Shown: positions 53,008-64,000 of the stretch, piece after piece
Position numbering within the stretch: position 1 is the stretch's first letter
Layout of the letters: the number at the start of each line of letters is the position of its first letter
Assembly: GCA_030248215.1 (NCBI GenBank)
Contig: JASANG010002509.1
Coordinates: forward strand, 1 to 64,000
Direction: 5' to 3'
Source: Enoplolaimus lenunculus
Taxonomy: Eukaryota
DNA: 64,000 nucleotides
The notes under the pieces: model-generated
What the model saw: the letters and a program-made list of their open reading frames with translations, nothing else
What the model was told of the DNA's origin: nothing
Databases searched by the model: none
Translations under genes and position numbers: made by a program

Positions 53008-54017
53008 AATATAAAATAGGTTTTTATATCTTTTGACAAGTTTTCACATTCCGTTCAGTTATATATAAACATATACCTATATATAAATATATATAAATAT
53101 ATAAATATATATAAATATATATCAGGGTTCCAACAGGAACTTTTTTGCCGCAACAGGAACAGGAACAGAAATTGAATTTGTTTCATCTTTGAATGCAGAA
53201 ACAGGAACAGGAATAGGAAGTGAATTTTTGCAGGAATTCCGGCCGGAACAGAAATTCCAGATGAACCCTTCTATATATATATAGCGTAATTTTCACACGT
53301 TACTAGCATGATATTGGGCTACTGGCTCACGTATTCCGTGCTTCAGGCAAATTTAGCCAATTTTACCAAGATTCAATGCGTCAGCTTTGAAAAACTAAGT
53401 TCACAAAATAAAATGTGATAGGTTGCGTGAGTTTTTATTTTAGCAATCACTGCGCACAGTTGTAAAACTGAACCAGACTGGAATGTGGTGTTGACAGGTC
53501 TAAAAATTTATCGGAAATATGATGTTTCTAAAAACACCGGCTTGATGCAAAAGTTTCTGGTTCTTGCGCATTTTCTTAAAAACGCTTAGGCTAAACATTC
53601 CACGCCCGATTTGCAATTGTAGGAATAAAAACTTCCCTGTTGAACGATCGTTATAACGATTTGGCAATTCTATAATCTTAAGAATAGACGTTTTGGCAGG
53701 TTTTTGGGACGTCGCTTCCCTCCCTTGAATTGCAGTTTTTCCGGCAAGCCACTAGTGTCTGGTCTCCCATCACTCAGGAGATTGTCACGCAACAAACGCG
53801 GGCGTCTTTTATAACGGTTCCAACTGCAACTGATAAAAAAGAATACAAGCCATGCACGCAATTATTGTGTTCGTTGTTCCTTGTGTTTATTTAGTCACAG
53901 CTGAATGCATTAATGGTAAAGTTATGCTGGCGTAATACAGTTCACTTAAGAACGATTTGAAAAGCTACCGTGGCTATTAACGCAAAGCGTGACATGATGT
54001 CGAATAAAAATAGTAAC

Positions 54018-54031
54018 GATAATAATAATAA

Positions 54032-54062
<31 letters not shown>

Positions 54063-54074
54063 ATTAAAAAATAA

Positions 54075-54105
<31 letters not shown>

Positions 54106-54138
54106 ATTAAAAAATAATAATAATAAAAATAATAATAA

Positions 54139-54169
<31 letters not shown>

Positions 54170-54175
54170 AATAAT
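54018..54175. repeat. (AAT)n microsatellite
   Basis: Directly visible. Confidence 0.95.
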
Positions 54176-55216
54176 TGAATTAATCACTGACCCGTGTTTT
54201 TTGAGTAATAAAATTAGAATCGTTTTATTAATTTAACGTAAGGTTTGAATAGCTGAAGTCACTAGCGGATCCAGCGGAGGGGCGGGGGAGGGCGTACGCG
54301 CCCTCCAGCAGAATTTTTTGTATTAAAATGGTAAGGTCCCTACCTTACAACTTTTCCCCTGCAGAGAATTTTTTGTGAAAAACAATTTTTCCCACAGAGT
54401 TTTTTGTGATAAAACGGTAAAGTTTCTACCTTACAATTTTCTACAATTTTTGCCGCAACATTTTTTGTAATAAACTAGTAAGGTCTCTACCTTACAAATT
54501 TTCGCTCTCGCAAAATTTTTTGGTGATAAAATGATAAGGCCACTACTACCTTACAATTTTTGCGTTTCATAACATTTGCAACCCGACCTTCTGTCAGAAA
54601 TTTTTGGATCCGCCTCTGGCGAAGGTCATAGCCATTTCTCAAATTTAATACAGCTTGAATTGTCTGAAGCGTATAGTAATGTGAACGAACGAAGTCGCCC
54701 AGTCTCTAGTACATTTCACCCAGCAAAACTTTAAGCCAAACTTTTAAAATTTGTTCAAAATCATCGCTGAACGTTTCGTGAAGTGTTTGCTTCCATTTAC
54801 CATATTTCGTTGGGCACGAACCTGAATTGGCCTAAAATTAATTGACAACCTAGAAATAGCTGTTCCTTGTTGGTTTTGATTAGGAGCATACCCAGACTTG
54901 GCAAAGTTTAGAACTTTCTCGTGCAGATATCAACAAAGAATAACCAAATTGTAAAACTTTAATTAGTTCTATAATTCGGTTTAAAAACTTTTTAGCAGAC
55001 GCAATTAGATGTCTTACCTTGAGTGATTTCATTCGGCTTACATGTCGCATAGACAGGATTTTGTATTCGGGCCTGTATAATCTCATGGCCAGAGCACATT
55101 TTGTATCATTTTGGTGACCTTAACAGGTGGTTATTCGAAACAGTGTAAAAATTTCAAATTTTTTGTTTTTGTTTGTCGTAGTTTCATGGATTTCCGGGGA
55201 AGTTTATATATCATTC

Positions 55217-55520
55217 GGACAACGTTAATTTTAGGGGCGTAACAGTAGATTAAGCGTATTCCTAAGCTTAAGCGTTGGTTGCAAAACCGTATTCCTAAGC
55301 CTAAGCCTATTAGCCTAAGCGTTGCAAAAGTGTGTTTCTAAGAATAAACCTAAGCGCCAAAGCGTTGCAAAAGCGTATTGCAAGCATAATCTTAAGCCTA
55401 AGCGTTGCAAAAGTGTGTTCCTATTCCTAAGCCTATGCGAAAAAAATGTAATCTAGAATCTTAACCTGCTGTTTTAAAAGCCTACCAGAAACTTGGACGC
55501 CCCTAAAAGTAACATGGACC
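55217..55520 (+). mobile_element. Telomere-repeat MITE, family B
   Basis: Perfect TSD tatcattc/tatcattc. Confidence 0.9.
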
Positions 55521-55943
55521 TATCATTCTACAACCCGTTCTACAAACCAGTGTCACCTTACAGCCAAAACGATCTCAAGCATAGTTTATAGTGCCACTAT
55601 ATGTCACTCGTGGTTAAAGAGATAAGAGCGAAAACCACCTGTGTTAAACTAGTCACAGATTCAAACCTAAACTGAATCGACTGACATTTTGGAAGCAGTT
55701 GAATAATTTTTCAACTCAACAACACGAAATATTGCGTGTCTGGTCGTTTAAATACCACACAGAACAAGCAGACAATTTTGATTGTTTGCGGAAATGAAAT
55801 CTTCATTAAAAGCGTCAAAATACTGAGTATATTCATCAGTTCGTTGAATTGTTAATTTTGTAAAAACAATGAATTTTATGTTGTGAAAACTTGAAATTAT
55901 TTTGCTAAATACAACAATATTGGTTTGCGCTCGAGACATTCAC

Positions 55944-56189
55944 GGCTCATGTAAAGATCAAGGGCGGAGAGTTTTTCTGTCGGACTAGAATAGAGCAAGT
56001 TTAAGCTTTAGACTAATTGTTTTGCGTGGCCTTAGGCTTTAGGATTAAGCTTAGGCTTAGGAATGAACTCATTTTTACGCTTAGGTTTAGGCTTAGGCTT
56101 AGGATTATGCTCATTCTTACGCTTATGTTTAGGTATAGGCTTAGGAATATGCTTATAATACTGTTCCGCCTCTGTTCTTTACATTGGTC
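55944..56189 (-). mobile_element. Telomere-repeat MITE, family A
   Basis: TIRs and internal ttaggc array. Confidence 0.8.
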
Positions 56190-56997
56190 GACTTTGCTGT
56201 GCTGAAAGCGACTTTCTGTTACTAAAATTTTGAAAATGAACATAGAAATTTAAGTTTATGTTGAAAAAAAATTTTTTTATAGAAAAGGTTTTTTTACCGT
56301 TTTAACCTTCTTACGGTTTCGTTTATAGGAAAAAACTTATTTTTAGAAAATTTTTAATATAAACTTAAATTTCTACGTATATTTCCAAATTTTTAAATGT
56401 TGAAAAAAGCTTGCAAGCTATCGATTCAAAGTGGCATGCACTATTTTAATAATATTTTTCAGAAAATGCAGACAACTTTGTCACAATTTGATAATGTGAA
56501 AATATTTATTTTTCTGGCCAGATCGCAAAGTTTGCGTTGTAAAAATAATATCAAACGACAGGTTTTAGTTTAAAATGTGTTCTAGAAAATCTGATGTAAC
56601 CAGCATTTCCGCAATATGTCAACTCAAACTGTGTCAAGTCTTCTAAAATCTATCGCACAATAAAAATTTCAACGACAATTTGAATGTAAATAATTTTGCT
56701 GCAAATTACAACTCCGAGGTGTTCACAGAACATTATATTTCGGGAAACACAGAATAATTTCTTTAAGACCCTTCGATTCCAATTCAAGATTGTTTACTTT
56801 TCACCTGAATATATTTGGGAGGTTGGGCACCAGCCAGATTTGAGGGTTGGCACGGCCCTACATTGCCCCTCGTTTGTTGGATCATAGACAAAATTTGAAT
56901 TTTGATTGGTTTTTTAAGATGAGGACCATTTTAAAAGTCAAGTCGGAGATTCGGTAGCTTTATCTGCAAAATGCTATAAAATTAGCTAACACATATT

Positions 56998-57392
56998 GGC
57001 TGGGTTTTTAAAACCCTACTTAAGTACAACTTAGTAGTAAAGTACGTGCTAAGCAATTACTTAACCATTTTGCCGTTGTTAAAAGCTTACCTAAGTTAAG
57101 TAAATACTTAAGTCGCTGACTAAATTTGACATATTACAGATTAGTAGCTGTCAGGCATACTAACCATATTCTAACTGAAGTTGTAGATACATGGTGCCTC
57201 CTTAACATAAAGCCGGATTATTACCATTTTGGTATGACAGTGGCTATAGTTTGGCATTTATCTGTTATCGTTCAAAAAGTTAAGTATTTACTTTAAGTAG
57301 GCGACTTAAGTATTTACTTTAAGTAGGCGACTTAAGAAATTACTTAAGTATAACTTAAGTAAAAACTTAAGTAAAATTTTGGAAACCCAGCC
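56998..57392. mobile_element. TIR element with acttaagt-rich subtermini (related ~21042-21120 and ~58620-58955)
   Basis: ggctgggttt … aaacccagcc. Confidence 0.65.
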
Positions 57393-57684
57393 AATGATTG
57401 TTTGAGTTCAAAACAAAATGTTGTTTTACAATTCCATTTTATTATGAATTATTATTATTATTATTATTATTATTAATCCTAAACATTTTTTCTGTAGAAC
57501 CATTGTTGGATTGTCGGTCTAAGGGATCACACCCGGAGCATACTATAGCACAGCTCAAGCCCAATTTTTTGTATCTACTAAGGATTAAATACTCGTTTTG
57601 GATTCTCCGTAGTCCAGCAACTAAGAGATCTTAGTTGAGAAATTTTCCAAACAAAGAATTCATTAAAATGCAGTTGAAAAAACG

Positions 57685-57948
57685 GGCCCATGTATAGAAC
57701 AGGGCCGGATCGTTTTCCGGAGGGGCTATAATGAGTCAGTTTAAGCTTTAGACAATTTTTTTGCTTAGGCTTAGGCTTAGGCTTAGGCTTAGGCTTAGGG
57801 CTTAGGCTTAGGAATAGGTTCATCCAAACGCTTAGGCTTAGGCTTAGGCTTAGACTTAGGCTTAGGAATAGGCTCATCTATACGCTTAGGCTTAGGCTTA
57901 GGAATATGCTTTTCTACTACTGTTCCGGTCGTGTTCTACACATGGGCC
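57685..57948 (-). mobile_element. Telomere-repeat MITE, family A
   Basis: ggcccatgtatagaacagggccgga … gttctacacatgggcc; no TSD evident. Confidence 0.8.
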
Positions 57949-58301
57949 CTATTGGCACAACGACGAAGCTGTTCGCAGGATGATTACTTCCTTGTAACTG
58001 CGAGCTGGTTGTTGGTCGCTGTGGTTGCGAGCTTGTTTCGCCAAAACAGTAGACAAACAGTAATAGCGATATGGCTATAGAACGAAAGGGAACTATAAAT
58101 GGGGTTACGAACCTAAATTGTATTCATAGGTCTGTCTAAATTGACCGTGAAGATTAGCGAAGCTGATCTGAGGAAACAAAATTTTGTATCAGCACTAATC
58201 TTGACCCCACACAAGTCCTAAATTCTTAATACACTGAAAGTGACATTGCTATAGCGAGTCAGATATTAAATATTCAATGTTATACATTAAAAATGAATAA
58301 G

Positions 58302-59885
58302 ATTCCGCTGTTTACACCGTGTATGAATATGCTTATTCTTTCGAAGAATTTGACCACTCGAACAAATTAACACAAAACCGGCAATGTTTCAAACAAATAC
58401 CTGTGCGTTATACGATAACATTAGCTTTGATGCGAATAGCGGCTTCGTCTATGAAAAATCTCAAATTTGAAACATTTTACAGCTTTGAAATTGGGTTATG
58501 ATGCACCATTTAGCCTCATTTTTAACACCTACGACAAAGGCAAACTCACCTTCAGGGTGTGTTTGATCATAAGCTTTCCGGCTTAATAAAGTTAATGGTT
58601 AGGCTTAAAAGTATTTTTTACTGGTGCTAAACTCACAAACAGACGAAAAATTAAAGTTTTAACAGAGTATCTTTGTTTCTTCAATCATACTTAAGTATAT
58701 ATTTAAGTTATGCTTAAGTAATTACATAAGTCGCCGACTTAAAAGTAAGTTGCTAAATTTTTGAGCGCAACCAAAGAAACTCCAAATATTGGCCATTACC
58801 ATGACAAGGAACTAATAGTTTTGCGTTATATTAAGAAGACGTCATTAATCTACAGTTTCAATTAGACCAAGGTTAGTATGCCTGTGAACGGTTAATTTGT
58901 AGTATATCAAATTTCGACTTAAAGTACTTCAGTAGGGTTTCGCAAAACTCACCCCTTAAGATGTAAAAAAATTCAGGTCCTCACAAATATTCGCACGTCA
59001 AATCTACTCAATCAGACAATCGAACAAGGAAGTTTTCAGGTATTTTGCCAGTTTGAAAAAAATAGTAGTCTTAAACCACTACCTTGCGGCTTGTCAAATA
59101 TTGCAAAAACAACAACAACAACAACAACACAGAATTGCGCAGATTCGATGGTAAAATAAAAGTTTGAAGTCCAAATGAGATTCAAAGTTTTTATTTTCCG
59201 TTCAATACTTTGTATTTCGCGGTGCCAACGAGTGAGTTTGTTTTAGCGTCGCATTTGTAGTTTTTTAAATTAAGCCTATTGTCATTTCGGACAAAGTTTC
59301 AATTTTAACGAAACCAAATGTTTGGTCGCAGCCTTTGCACTGCTTTCGAAACGGTTTGTACGTCAGCCAGTAGTTTTGTGATGTATTCGTGTGGTTTGCA
59401 TCCGACGATTTAAGACGATCCACGTATGTCGCGATCCGTACCGTAACAGGGAACAAAAATCTTGTATCGAGGTTTAGTACTAAAATTGCGTTTAGTTCCT
59501 GCTCGCTTTACTCGCACAATTTTGAGTTGATTCAATTCATTCTGAGTTAATTAACTAACTCACCCAGAGTCAATTTAACTCATAGTGAGAATCAACTCAA
59601 CTTTTAGTGTGAAGTTTATGTTTTCTGATATTATAATTCAGAAATAACCAACACGCTAGCGGAATTGATTATTTAACTCATTACAATTTACAGTGCAGGT
59701 GTGTTCCGGTGGAGAAATTGTTCAATTATCTATACTTTACAATCAAAGTTTTGCAATTTTTACTAATTGCAGTTTTAGCTATGTATATACAAATTACTTA
59801 AAGAATATATGGTGGCCGCAACTGCTGAACGGGTTCACTCATATCGGCGTGTGATCATCGCTCATGATGTTATGTTGCTTCTTGT

Positions 59886-59926
<41 letters not shown>

Positions 59927-62900
59927 CTTAATTATTTTTGAAATGTTTATAATTACCAGTTGCCACAGAGGGTATATGCTGAGTTGTGAACGCGGCTTTA
60001 AAGTATGTCTCGAAGGAGATAATATTAGTTGCCAGTGGCCAAAATGGCTCCGTGTTCTATTACGTTGGTGGCCTAAGAGAGGCATTACTTAGTTTACCTC
60101 TAAGAATAAGCGTACCTAAGTGTAAGATTGACTAAGCCTTTGCTTAAGCCAAAGCTGAAACAAAAAAATTAGTCTAAAGCTTAAACTTACTCTATTGCTA
60201 TCTTCCCCGTGTTTTCAATACAGTTTCTTTATCCTAGAAGATTTTCAACCTTGCTTGTAAGTCATTGAAACCCTTTAAATGCCCCTCCTGAAAATTTTTT
60301 GAGCTGACTACGGGCCTGCTGCCTTCAAAAAATCAGTTCGGTATGTTTCAAGGAAAATTGACCTGGCAACGGGGGTCTGGGTTGAATACATTTTTATCAA
60401 AAGTCATAAACGTATACACATTCTTGTATCGACATCTCAGGACAACTCGACATTAAAAATTGCCATACATAAAATTATGACGCTTCTATTTTTTATTTAG
60501 TTTTTCAAGACATTTTGCGTCAGCCAAAACACCTTGAGTTTTGCCGACTTATAATCTTATTATCTCAACAGTAGTCAAAAGCTTTTTGCCAGCTCTCATA
60601 CAACACTTGCTGGAGGTTGTTCTTAATCTTAGGCAAAATGGATTTACATTTTTGACAGTATCTATTTTGGTCTCAACGATTCTTTGAATAGTTAGGTATT
60701 TTCAGCGGTGGACCTTACACTGCAAAAAATGGCGAATCAAATTGACTCTCTCCAAAATATGTTTTACGTGACTACATAAACTGAGACAAATTCGACTCCA
60801 CCAGACTCAAACGTGCGACTTAAGTGAAAAACGAATTTGACTCTGGCGGAGTTGAATTTGACTCGTTTGAGTAGAGTCCCATAGAGTCTATTTCGAAGAC
60901 AGTCAATTTGACTGACCATTTTTTGCAGTGTACTATAATAGAACCCAGGATCAAGTGAGTTTCAAAATTTTAAATTTTCATTTATTGCATTATTGCGTTT
61001 TAAACCGGAACAATTTAATAAATTGACCTAAACTGCAACAATTATTGGTTATTTGAGTTTCGCATGACCTGCTTCAATCATCCCACACTGAAATTTAATT
61101 CTAATAACCTTATTTTTTGTAGTACTTAGGTGTTTTGTTGGGTTGAACCGGTCGCAGCAAGCGCGCACCGAAAGGGGGCGTCGGGGTTCGGAATCGCCCC
61201 TCCCAATCGAAATTAGTACGTCCGACATTAGATATATAAATTACACTTGGTTTCTTGCACATAAAGTTTTTCGCTGTTTAAATTTCTAAAATTTTGCCTG
61301 CAGCGCTGTTTAAATTAAGACAATTCAAATTCAAATTCTTCAACCTCACCCCCTCCAAACTAAAGATAGCAATAAAACCTGTGCAAAGCTTCACAAATAT
61401 ATATGCTCAAGACCAGGGGGGGTGGGTTGGTTTGGTTGTTTAGGTCCTGCACATCATGAATACAGGCATGTTTTGAAACTGTTACAGAATGATTTAATAC
61501 TGAAACAATGTATAGATTCTCATTCGCTTCGCTCTCGAATTATTCAAAACTCAGGCTAAACCTTGCCTAAGAACCTTCGTTTATCCTGTTTGAACTGTTA
61601 GTGCCTAGAAATATTTCATATTTTGCAAGAATACGCAGACAAAGACGCCAAACTGAAGTTAGCACTAGATTTATAGACAATTGGACAGTGCCGGAGCAGG
61701 TAGGGGTGGGGTTCCCCTCAAATTCCATGCCTGGGGTCCCAAACTCGTGAGCGAAGCGAGCGAGAAGCCAGATACATTTTAAAACTGAAGCGGTTTTTGT
61801 ATCAACCGGATACGGTATGGGTCCCTTTATAGGTGCTCCCACACATGGGGGTATGGGGAGTGGCTGCTCCTGCCCTACAATAAGGTCTAGGTTTTCGCTC
61901 GCTTCGCTGGTGATACTTTTCTCAACTCGTGCATTGCTCACGTAACAAATAAACGCTAAGGTTTTAGAAATCAAATTTTTCAAAAATTCAAATAACAAAA
62001 TACACGCACCGTAATTTAAATTTACTTAAAATTTTAGGGCAATATATTAATAAAATGCAAATATAACAAAATAAACTCTATTTTTCAACATTAATAAACG
62101 AATATTGGCTATCTCAATTGTCAAAGTAAATGAATATTTCAAACGCGACCGAATTTCTGTCCAGCCAGTTGGATTTGCTTGCAAAGTCGTGTTCGTTGAG
62201 TAAATCAGTTGATAAAAGTTGGTCGTCGTCACGAACTGCACGTATTCCACATTGGATTGCACGCTCTGAAGATCAGTGTTTTGATTACATTCTGCGATGC
62301 AACGAAAATTATCTTCAAGCGCCTGTTGACGGTTAGTTTCCGTTTATTGGTTGGTTTTAGCAAAACGTTTTTCTATTCTTGTTTTGTGACTATTTGCAAG
62401 CGAAGGACAACGAGACCCTAACACAGGGACGTATATATATGGTATGACGCCTGTTCGTAAGCGTCACATCACTACTTTGGCTCGAAAAATCACTGTTGTG
62501 AGCGAATAATAGAGAAAGGTTGATGGTTAAATTTGCTGAAACCTAAAGTATACTTATTCGAATATGCGTAATTAATACCTTTACCGATCAGTTTGTTCTA
62601 ATTAAGCTACGAATACACTCTAATTAAGAGTAATTGACATTTATGGACTCTAAGAAAAAATGTTCAGACTCTGTCCGTTTGCGGACTCTGAGTCGAAATA
62701 TAGACACCTATCGAACCAGGCTTGGGACGCCGACTCTAGGTACCCCTGACCAGTCACAGGTTCTACTCGGGTCCCAAGAGTTTTTCAAACCTGCACGCCT
62801 GGCTAGAATATTGCTGGCTTTGCGAATTACTGATTGGAGCTACAATAATAATACTTTGAAATTAATGTTTTCGTACTGTGAAATCGGCAACCTTTTACAC

Positions 62901-62936
62901 TATGACACATATTTTGATACAAATTATCATTTTTGA
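58302..62936 (+). CDS. Candidate multi-exon gene of unknown function (exons ~58302-58402, 59275-59357, 59960-60002, 62169-62331, 62668-62936; 5' end not found)
   Basis: Phase-compatible open chain with donors GTGCGT, GTACGT, GTATGT, GTTAGT and AG acceptors (e.g. TGTTCAG at 62667); best support is the last intron, 62332-62667. Confidence 0.35.
60718..60930. mobile_element. Palindromic CACTG MITE
   Basis: TSD TA. Confidence 0.85.
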
Positions 62937-63252
62937 ACAAATTTAATTGGTCCGACATTATATATGTTTCAACTTAAGTTTGAAGTATATGCACTGTTAA
63001 TAATTTAGCATTTCAGGTTAGCGTTGATTAAGCTGACATGATTAGGCAAATAACGCTGTATTTGTTAAAATTGACAACAGATCGAAGTTGAAACGATTGT
63101 TGCTAACATTAGCAAATCAATTATTAGCTGCGTAATTTCGTTTCATTTCCGGATCCACCTCCGGCTTTGGCAAATTTTGTTCACCTCCGGCTCCGATTCC
63201 GGTATTTTTGCCTTTAGTTGTACCCTGGTTTCGGCGTGTTTGTTCGCACCTA

Positions 63253-63472
63253 CATTGCAAAAAATGGTGAGTCAAATTGACTATCGGAAAAATAGGCTTT
63301 TTCGGTACTACACAAACTGAGTTAAATTCGACTCCGCCAGAGTCAAATTCGATTAACACTAGTCGCTTAGTGAGTGGAATTTGACTCTGGCGGAGTCCAA
63401 TTTTGACTCAATTTGTGTAGTCCCGAAAAGCCTATTTCGGAGAGTCAATTTGACTTACCGTTTTTTGCAGTG
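63253..63472. mobile_element. Palindromic CACTG MITE
   Basis: TSD TA. Confidence 0.85.
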
Positions 63473-63589
63473 TAGTTTCAGGAAAATGTTAAGGTATTAC
63501 TAAAATACGTACTGTAGCATGTGCGGCTATAGATGAGTACATGTAATCTTGTTGCTTTGACCAACATATGTTGATTACAATCTTATATT

Positions 63590-63755
63590 CAGGCCCGAAA
63601 CCAGCTTACCTTGCTAGGGGGGCTAAAACTTTTTCAGAAAGGGGCATTCCAGGGTTTTGATTGAGTTACAAACAAATTTGAAAATTCTCTAGGAGGCCAA
63701 AATTTTTCCAGGATTGGCTGAGCTTCCCTCCTGCCCACCCTTGGCTATGGGATCG
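63590..63755. mobile_element. hAT-like MITE (c[a/g]ggcccgtagcc family; other copies ~5350-5517, 13249-13414, 33297-33458, partials ~13419-13590, 24703, 28300, 60237)
   Basis: Perfect 8-bp TSD cttatatt; shared core ctagcaaggtgagctggctac. Confidence 0.75.
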
Positions 63756-64000
63756 CTTATATTTCAAAGCATTCAGAAGATACCTTTTGCCCATATCATC
63801 AGAGAGACAGCTTAATTAGCAAGTGTAATGAGGATTTATTTATTCTGAATCTTTGTATGTAAATCAGTGTTTGCAAACGCTAAAATTTCATGCACTCCAG
63901 CATGCATTTTTTACTGGTCATACATGTTACCGTTTGGGGGGACACATTGGTGAAAATCGGAAACAAAACGACAACACTAAAATTGCACGTATTTAAATAG

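Noticed and set aside
61567..61998. 143-aa minus-strand ORF
   Set aside because: Non-ATG start and overlaps a repeat (cagtgccggagcag / gcgaagcgagcg motifs shared with 4157-4806)

Overview
AT-rich, repeat-dense eukaryotic DNA, most likely nematode (abundant TTAGGC telomere-type repeats; TTTCAG-type splice acceptors). The one clearly recognisable gene is a two-exon FMRFamide-receptor-like class A GPCR, join(15226..15568,17093..20229), about 1159 aa. Its third intracellular loop carries a ~600-aa Asn-rich insert that is also bounded by in-phase GT/AG sites (possible exitron). Most of the rest is non-autonomous DNA transposons: about 30 GG(C)C-ended MITEs with 8-bp TSDs carrying internal (TTAGGC)n arrays, palindromic CACTG MITEs (2-bp TSD), piggyBac-, Harbinger-, hAT- and pogo-like MITEs, and a DINE-1/Helentron-like element. 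The most unusual region is a 5.1-kb CACTG-terminated element (47226..52361) with no visible transposase. It carries a minus-strand head-to-tail array of short, apparently spliced ORFs about 40 nt apart; two encode PAM2 (PABP-binding) motifs and one is Trp-rich. Low-confidence exons of unknown genes lie at 52.5-63 kb. All gene models are read by eye and unverified.
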